DNA of 64,000 nt. Source: Rhynchopus sp. YZ270_cl-10. Its lineage: Eukaryota. Shown in pieces: positions 55,820-64,000 of this stretch. A program made the position numbers and the translations under genes. The notes beneath the pieces were generated by a model that saw only the letters and a program-made list of their open reading frames with translations, searched no databases and had not been told where the DNA came from. Positions within the stretch are counted from its first letter, which is position 1; the number at the start of each line of letters is the position of its first letter. The stretch spans positions 2,542,001 to 2,606,000 of the forward strand of contig OZ037833.1 of NCBI GenBank assembly GCA_964035575.1, read 5' to 3'.

Positions 55820-56741
55820 GTTGGAAAAAAAAATATATCGAAAGGAACGAAATAAACAAGAAAAGAAAATGGGGGGGTATGTGTGACAATGGATCTTCAA
55901 CGTAGCCAGCTTTCAAATACAAAATAAGTCGGCTGTTTTTTGGATTAACTACCGTGTGGAGAGGGGTGGGGGGGTGATGGGAAGGGGGGGTTTTTTTTTG
56001 TATCTTTTTGTGCCGGATTTATTTGTCAAGACGCAAATCTAAATCCAGAGCACCAAAACCCCATCTGGTTTTAAAAAAAGACCTCAGTGATGTGGTTAAA
56101 TGGCCACTTCTCAAGAAAAACAAGGGTATGATATGCGTACATCTGAGGCAGTAACGAACAAGAAAAAGTTTACTCCCCCCCTTTTTCTTCTCTTCCTCCT
56201 CTCCCCATCACCAACTCACCTCGAGTCTTTTTTTGCATTCATTGGATCGTTTTCGGCATATCGAAACCACACCTGAGACAGTTTTCATCTAACCTTTCAC
56301 GCTACATATATCAAGGGACCACTATCTTACCTTAACCTGCAGCATCAGCACAATCGTAAGGTTCACGGTGACACTTCCCCCTGAACAACTGTCTCTCTCT
56401 GCGATCATAGATATCGCGAATTTTTGGTGTCCACACGGTCTTAGTCCTTTTTTTGTGTCAATGCCTGCGTCCGCCGATGAACGGTGAGGTGTTTGCACTT
56501 TTCAACTTTTCTTTTTGTTTCCCAACCAACTGTAACATTAAAAGGGGGTTTTTCTCTCCCAACCAACCACCCAACCTCACCCAAACCCAACAGGTTTATT
56601 CACCACTTTGCAGCTCCTTTGCCCCCTTCCCCCTTGCTCTTGGTGCACACTTACACAACCCTCTCCTACCCTTTTAACCTGCTAAGTCCCCAGCGCTTCT
56701 TCGTTGCCAAGCACCCCTCTCTCCCCACACCCTCTCCTACA

Positions 56742-58505
56742 ATGACCATGGCCATGACCCAACCAGCTGTCCCTGGAAGTTCCAAGATCTGGGGTGACAT
56801 GCTTGTTAATATGCGTCCCACGCCGACTGTCAACCCCGAACGCCATCCTCATATGCAACAGATGCACCAGGGGCAAATGCAGCCGATGCCCAGCCAGGTT
56901 ATGACTGAGTTTTTGAACTCCATTCCGGGGGACATTGTGAACCGCTTTTGGCCGCGCTTTGTGCAGCTTGGGGTGTTGGATTTGCATGCACTGTCGAAGC
57001 TCTCTCAGATGCAGTTGAGACAGGTGGTGCCGCCTTTGGGACCTTACCGCCACCTTTACGCTGAGCTGCAGAAGGATTGGCACTGTGAGAAATGCGGCTT
57101 TGTGAACTACGCGAGGTACGGCAACGCAGACTGCTACCGGTGCAACCACTATCGGACTGGAGGGAAGTCGAGCACAGCACCGTTGCATGCGGCAAATGAT
57201 GCGGATTCTGCAAGGATTTCTGCGATGCTTGCCGAAAGGGAACAGACACGCCGGTCGCAGGACTTTGAGCGGGCAGACGCCATCCGCGAGCAGCTTCGCA
57301 TGATGGGCGTTGTCTGGGACGACGACATGAAGACATGGCGCACCTCCGACGGCCGCTGCGGACGCTGGGGCACCCCATCCCACGCTGCCGCCGCTGCAGG
57401 CGCTGCGCAAGGAGGTCTCTGCATCAAGCTCCGTGGCCTCCCCTTCCGCGTACGTTACGACGACATCCGCAACTTCTTCGCCCTCGCGGGCATCGACATC
57501 CTGCAGTACTCTGTTGTCCTTGAGAAGAACGCCGACGGCCGTCCCTCTGGCATCGGCTACGTCAAAGTGTCAACCCAAGCAGAGCAGCAGCTTGCCTGCA
57601 CGCAGCTCAACCACAAGCACATCCCTGGCTACGACAGATACGCCTGGGTCGTCGAGAGCACTGAAGCAGAGTACCAGGCTGCGGCTAACTCCTGGGCAGG
57701 CGCAGTCCTCAACGACACCCCCTCCGATGGCGACTCATTGGTGACCTCACAGAAGCTCAAGGAGCGTGAAGAATGCAGAAAGGCAAGAAACTACGAAATG
57801 GCCGATTCCATTCGCGACGCCCTCCGCGACGAAGGAGTCACCTTTGACGACGAACTACGCACCTGGAGTGACAAGCACGGAAACTCCGGCCGGTGGGGAC
57901 TCAAAACCCCAAGCTTCTCCGCCTCCTTCGGCCTGAGCCCTGCAGCACCCACCCCGATGACCCACCCGGGCACTCCACAGACGGTCCCTGCCTCACCGGT
58001 GCTTCCTCATACACCATCTCTTCTTGCGTCGCCTTTGCTGCCGTCTCCGGTGCTCACCCCTTTGACGTCAGGGTTTGACACTGCAAAGGACACCTTCACA
58101 GAGGATGCATTGGTCACCCCATTGACCGCGAGGGATAGCGACAGCAGCAGGGCCTGCTCGTGGCAGTCGTCTTCTCCTAGTCCGGATACGCCGTTGACTT
58201 CAAGCCTGAATGTTCCCATGTGTGCGCCATTGTCAGGATTGGGGTCAGTACTCCCCCCAGGTCCAATTGGGCACCCAGATGGGCTTGAATGTCACGACTT
58301 TGATGATACCGCCTTTGAGCGTGATCTTGCATCGATCCTAGAGGTCTGCACTGAGCAGGAAGAGGCTGAGGGGGCAGCAGCAGCGGCAGGAGGAGGAGCA
58401 GGTGGTGGCGGTGCAGGACACTCGCAGCCATCCCAGCCAACCTCGCATGTGACCCGTCTGCAGAGCATCCTCTTCGCAGTCGCTGATTCGCCGATTTCGC
58501 CATAA
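56742..58505 (+). CDS. Multi-domain RNA-binding protein: SAM-like, RanBP2 zinc finger, two CysRS anticodon-binding-like repeats flanking a quasi-RRM
   Basis: LRQVVPPLGPYRHL (SAM-like); DWHCEKCGFVNYAR...CYRCN; ERE..RRSQDFERADAIREQL..MGV and ERE..RKARNYEMADSIRDAL...GV; IKLRGLPF...GRPSGIGYV. Confidence 0.85.
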   Translation: MTMAMTQPAVPGSSKIWGDMLVNMRPTPTVNPERHPHMQQMHQGQMQPMPSQVMTEFLNSIPGDIVNRFWPRFVQLGVLDLHALSKLSQMQLRQVVPPLGPYRHLYAELQKDWHCEKCGFVNYARYGNADCYRCNHYRTGGKSSTAPLHAANDADSARISAMLAEREQTRRSQDFERADAIREQLRMMGVVWDDDMKTWRTSDGRCGRWGTPSHAAAAAGAAQGGLCIKLRGLPFRVRYDDIRNFFALAGIDILQYSVVLEKNADGRPSGIGYVKVSTQAEQQLACTQLNHKHIPGYDRYAWVVESTEAEYQAAANSWAGAVLNDTPSDGDSLVTSQKLKEREECRKARNYEMADSIRDALRDEGVTFDDELRTWSDKHGNSGRWGLKTPSFSASFGLSPAAPTPMTHPGTPQTVPASPVLPHTPSLLASPLLPSPVLTPLTSGFDTAKDTFTEDALVTPLTARDSDSSRACSWQSSSPSPDTPLTSSLNVPMCAPLSGLGSVLPPGPIGHPDGLECHDFDDTAFERDLASILEVCTEQEEAEGAAAAAGGGAGGGGAGHSQPSQPTSHVTRLQSILFAVADSPISP

Positions 58506-60606
58506 TTTTTTCCCCATTTGCTTTTTGATTTGCTTTGCTTTTTCCTCCGTGTTTTTTTTTTAACCTTGCCGTACCCCCTGATAGTCCAATACAAATGGGT
58601 TTCAAGTGGTCGGTGCGATTTTTCTAGATTTCATTTCAAAAAAAAAAATCAAAACAAAAAAAAAATTGAAAAAAAACTATAAAAAATGGTCTGGGTAGAA
58701 TAGGTGATTTTTTTTCCTGCTGAGAGGAATCCTCTTCTTACAGATGATCTATGAAGGGTGAAGAGAGAGAGAGAGGGGGCGTCTCCCACTCGGAAAAAGA
58801 GTCAACGATTCTATTCTTTTCCGCAAAAAAAAAAATTTAAAAAAAGTCCACAAAAAAATAACAACAACAAAAAAACACTGGGAATATTACTATTTTACAG
58901 TGCAACTCGAAAAAAAAAATGCGATGATTTTTCTTTCTTTTGTGTGTGTTGCTAAAAAGTTTTCTTAAATTGGAATTTCGTCTTTATTTGCGTCAGCCCT
59001 TTTTTTTTTTTTCGCGTTCTTCTTCTTTGGTATACCGGAAAAAAGAGACAAAATGACTGCATTGATATAGGGGAGTGCTATTCGAATTAACCCTATGTAC
59101 AGCCAATGTGTATTGCAGTACACCAAATATGTTTGGCATCCAAAATTGCCCCAAAAATCATGTTGCAAACATTTTGTTCTCGTCTTGTATACATTTTGTT
59201 CTAAGGTGACGCAAGCAAATGGTACAGCCCAGGCTCTTTTCACAAACTATTTTTTTTTTCTTTCTTTCCTTGCGATCCCTTGATCACGTCAATCGCTTCT
59301 GTATTGACCCTCGTGCAACTCAGCAGTTTTTGTTCTCATTGTCTCTCCCAAAAAATTCTCGCTAACCCCACAAAAAAAGCTCCCAAACAGAAAAGGAAGT
59401 GAATCTTGCCCAGATGGCAACTACACTTATTCCAGCAAATTATCACCAAAAAAAAAAAAAAACAACAAACAAACAAACAAACAAAAACAAAACAAACAAA
59501 ACAACAAATGGTCGCAACTACATTAAAACCAACCCCCTCATCCCATTGATCCAATCCTACACATATTATATTGCTCTTCTCGTTCTTAGGCTCTTTCTTG
59601 TTTATTTTCTCCCCCACAAAATTCAACAAAAAAAAATACACATGCAAGAAGACACGCCTTCTGGTCAAGTCTTATTATTCATAACAAAAAAAATCAAAAA
59701 AATAAACCAAAAAAAACCAACATATTTGCACCATTTAAACCGATTTTTTGATAGATTTTATTGCTAGCGCGCCCTTTTTTTTTATATATTTCTTTTGTTC
59801 TCCTCAAGCCCCACCCAGTCATACAAGCCCAGTGACAGCTTCCCCGTTCCCTACTCTATTGCATTGCTTCCTTGTATCACAACTTTTCTCCAAAGCGTTA
59901 CTTGGACAGTGCCTGCTTGCGTAGTCATTAAATACAACTGATTACAAATGCATTGTTGTTGTTGTTGTTGGGATTTTCATGGATTTCCCCGTTGCCGAAC
60001 AGAATGTGACCCAGATATTGCCTTTTATTTAAAGACGATGTGTCTGCGTGGGTGCACAAAGACGAGACAAAAAAAAGCTGTCGAAAAAGAAAAATGGAAA
60101 GTGTAAATTGCACAACTGTGGCAACACAACCGAGGCAACTACACTACTCCAAACAATCAAAACGAACAAAATAAAACTGAAAAAAAACTGTTGCCGTGTC
60201 TGATGCTTAGAATGTGATTTATAATCCAATCGTACTGTTGAAACTGCCACGCCCGTTCTTGCAGGTGACCTAACGAACCACGTCACCCTGCCGTGAACTC
60301 TCAAAAAAGCAAAATGTTCATATTTCCCTTACCCCAGAATTGCCTTCTTTTTTTTTTTTTTTTTGCCCGCGTCTGAAGAGGCGTTTCAATTTTGTCTTCT
60401 TTTTGAATTGCAAAGAATTTTCACAGAAATAATGCCCTCCCTTCCTGTTGGCCATGACTGCCTTGACTCATTCCCTCTCTCGTTCCTTTGTGTTATTTTT
60501 TTTTTTAGATCTGGAGGAATTTCCAAAAATAATAATATTGGATAGGTGAAGACTGTCTGAATGGCAGCTACACTACAACCAACAGATCATCAAAAATTTC
60601 TGCACA

Positions 60607-60638
<32 letters not shown>

Positions 60639-61382
60639 AAAAAAAAAAAAAACAATAAACAAACAACACACTATTTCCTTTGCTCAAAATGCAACCCCTT
60701 TCTCTCCCCTTCCCCTTTACCGTCCCCCCCCCCCACCCCGATCATATAACGAGATATTTTTTTTTTACAAGAAAAAATACTCTACGTTTCGTACATCCAT
60801 TTTCCCGCCCCCAGCCTATTCCCTTCATCTCTCTCTTCCCATACCCTTTTCCACGGACCATGTCTATGGACAAAGGCGTAGGTTTTCTGCACATGTGTTT
60901 TGTTTTTGCAGCATGGTTTGCAGATGTTCTACCCGTACGTATACACCGATCCTAGCGACTGTTTTGTTTGTTTTTTTCGACTGAGATGCGTTTTTAGCAC
61001 GTACCAACTACTCGTTTTATCAGGATACATACTTTGTGGGAAAATGATTCAAAGACGTTTTTTTATTGTTTTAAAAGCGAAGTTCATCCTCGGGTGGATA
61101 CACCACAAAAAACAATCCCTAAAAAAACGTGAGTGACTTCAGGGACAGTGGAGTTTGCACATATGGCAACTACACTATTCCAACAATTTTTCAAAATAAA
61201 ATAAAAAAAAAAGCGAGAAAACTCACCCTCAGATGGTTACTGAGCGTATTTTTTTTGTGTTCCCCCCCACCCTCTCTGTCATCCCCTTCCCATTCAATAC
61301 CCCTGCCAAATTTCTCTTTTAAACTTAAAGGAAGCGTGGATGGTGCCCAATGCGAGGCTCATTCACTTTTCAAGGTTTCTTT

Positions 61383-61416
<34 letters not shown>

Positions 61417-61429
61417 GTTCTCTTATTTA

Positions 61430-62060
61430 CATGGATGTCCAAAGTACTTGAAGTATATCAAGTACTTGATCCCCCAAAAAACCCAATACTTGATACTTGA
61501 AGTACTTGACACCCTATTTTTTTTTTCTCGTACTTTTTTACTTGTTTTCTCTCTGTCAAGTACTTTTTTTTGATAAAACAACTTGTTGTCAATTCTAAAA
61601 AGATTGGAGGCAGCGCTGCAGGGCAAACAAAACGGATTGAAAAAAACAGAAGCTTGCTTGTTGTCTTTGAGTACTCAATTAACCACAACAACCGTACTTC
61701 AGTTTAACACATTTTTTCACCTTTTTGTTTTCCCGGCTTTGAGCGCACAAACAAAAGACCCGATCTTTTTACAAAAAAAACGTCAAGTACTTGATCAAGT
61801 ACAAAAAAAGTGGGTACTTGATCAAGTACTTGAACGTTTTTTTTCGAAAACAAGTACTTGACAGACCCTGTCAGAGGGTAAAAAAGTAAAAAAGTACGAG
61901 AAAAAAAAATAGGGGGTCAAGTACTTGATTTTTGTCAAGTACTTGATCAATCTTCAAGTACTTGACTGTCATTTTGAGAGGAAAAAAAAGGGGGGGGTCA
62001 AGTACTTCAAGTGCCATAAAAAATCAGAAAAAAGTACTTCAAGTACTTTGGACATCCATG
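61430..62060. mobile_element. MITE, 22-bp TIR, 6-bp TSD tattta, many caagtacttg palindromes
   Basis: catggatgtccaaagtacttga / tcaagtactttggacatccatg; tattta at 61424-61429 and 62061-62066. Confidence 0.9.
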
Positions 62061-63562
62061 TATTTACACGTGGTCTTCAATATTTTGAAGCTCCGACTTT
62101 TCACACATTTCCCTACCCCTGCCATTTTATTTCATTTTTTTCGTTTGCTGGGACGTGTTTTTTGAATGTCCTTTTGTGTGCTTTCTCTGAAATGGAAAGT
62201 ATATAAAATTGATCTTTTATTTGCTACAATGCAGGCACCATTCCTTCTTTTTTTTTTTCTGTCGTTGCAGTTGGGTTTGCACAAAACAGAGTTTTATTTC
62301 AGAGAGAATGGGTGCATTTTATTGCATTGTTGTGGCCCTTTTACACCCCTTTTTTGCCCCTGCTTTTCAAAAAAATTGCAAGATATTTTCCCCTTTTTTT
62401 GATACATTTAAAAAAGTATGTATTGAAGAAGGACATCAAAAAGTCTTCAAATCTCCTGATATTTTTCACCCCTTATGCCTTGGTACAACCCCATGATTTC
62501 TCTTAGGAATGGAAGGGGTCCGAAGTCAGTGTCTGTTGTCCCGACGTTTTGCACTACCAACTTCACCTTTTTTTTTTGTAAAACAATCTTAAGACCTAAA
62601 ACACGCCCTTTTCTTTCTTTGCCCGGTGCGACTGCACCGTGCCCAATATTTAATAACCATAACAAAACAAGCCCCCTTTAGTGCAGTGCCCTGCGTCCGC
62701 GTTTTGCACTCTTTGTATTTTTGTAAATATGTCCCTGGTGGTTGCCGTTATTGTGCTTTGCGTCAAGAAGGGTTTGCACTACCCCAAAAAATCTTCTCTT
62801 TTTGGATTGTTTGTACTGTGTAATCCACAGTGTCTAGCTAGGGATGTCACCACCAATCTTCACTTTGTATCTAGGTGGGGCTGCACTCCATCAAGTTTTG
62901 CCTAAGCTCGGCTCACATTAGAGTGTCTTCACAAGAAAACAAAACTTCACTTCACTTATCAGGGACCACCATGTATAACCTTATAACCTTCCCCCCCTGC
63001 CAGCGAGCATACTATATGCTACACATCCTCCTTAAGATACCCCATTCTCCCTCTCCTACTTAACCAAAAAAAAAGGGCGTCTTTGTGCGTCCGAATGAAG
63101 TTGCTCTGGACGTGTGTTTTTTCCCCCTGACGGAGTGTCAGTGCCTGTGTCTGGTGGCACTCTTCTATTTTTTTTTAAAAAGGTTGTTACGGTGACTGTA
63201 CACAGCAGTTCATTGTCAACCTTTTTTCGATGAAATTCCCTTCGCGGGGTTCGATAACCAATCCAGTGCCTGACGCAGATGCGTTTTTTGTACTCACAAC
63301 TATTTCTTTGTCCATGAGAGGCGGCAGGTACAGTCATTCTTTCTCTTTTGCAAAGATATATATGTGTGTGTGTGCACACGAGAGGCACCATTCATCTTAC
63401 AAGTTTTCTCTCCTTCTCTTTTTTAGACCACAGGACGGACAACCAGAACCACCTCTTTTGTTTGTCCCCACAAACACCAAAAAGTGGGCTATACTCCGTT
63501 CGGGCGTTACCCACTCTAAAATCTGTTATCAAACCACACCAACACACCGTAAAGGGGGGGTG

Positions 63563-64000
63563 GACCTATTATCCGGGTAGACCTATTATCCCTAGGATAA
63601 TAGGTCCCCCTGTTTTGGAGTTAAATTTTAACTTTTTAACTTTTGGGATGGTAAAAAAAATTTTATTAAAAATTTGGGGTGGGATTCTGGCGTTCGGCCA
63701 GTTTGCGTGCTCGCTTTCATGCCGGTTTTGCCAGCGCAGGCTGCAGCAAGGCCATCTTCCTTCCTGGCGTTGCAGCTGGGGCAGAGGGTCTGAGGATGAT
63801 GGTGGGGCTGGTTGGGCAGGTTGGGCTGCTTGTACTTCTGCTGCTGGGGCATCTATCTCCATCACCTCAGAGTCCACAGGGCTGTCTGGCTGCTCCACCT
63901 CCAAGACCTCTTCCTTCACCTGCAGCAGCTCCTCCTTCACCTCCCCTTTGCGCACCTTTGCCTTGTGCGTTGAACATCGCGTCCAGGCGCTTTTTTCCCT
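63563..64000 (-). other. Possible end of another element: coding-like minus-strand fragment plus acctattatcc repeats and palindrome
   Basis: GC-rich acidic/Pro-rich ORF entering from the window edge, antisense to host genes; acctattatcc-cta-ggataataggt near 63580-63606. Confidence 0.3.

Noticed and set aside
58600..63500. Numerous 60-120-aa ORFs in AT-rich DNA (also 36.2-39.6 kb and 46.4-49 kb)
   Set aside because: Homopolymer-driven F/K-rich translations without coding character.

Overview
Eukaryotic genomic window. All host genes lie on the + strand, several are preceded by a pyrimidine tract plus AG, and three have GT-AG introns. This is consistent with a trans-splicing euglenozoan such as a diplonemid (inference). 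Bases 1-18573 are a near-perfect tandem array of ~5.4-kb units, each encoding a 1367-aa type-I surface protein. Next come a two-exon Crinkler/RHS-like P-loop ATPase + nuclease-like gene, an ankyrin/EF-hand protein, a coiled-coil protein, a RING-H2 protein, a Ubl + propeller-like protein, UGGT (two exons) and an unusual multi-domain RNA-binding protein. Intergenic and intronic DNA is packed with nested TIR elements. The most striking system is a tyrosine-recombinase (Crypton-like) element, present as one intact and one deleted, diverged copy. Both share the layout inverted repeat - YR gene - inverted repeat - 170-bp imperfect terminal hairpin with a cGNAg triloop and G.A mismatches, which suggests a single-stranded DNA intermediate. 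At least two families of short hairpin motifs are dispersed on the sense strand, with G-U pairs and, in one family, a compensatory change. No rRNA, tRNA or CRISPR was recognised.
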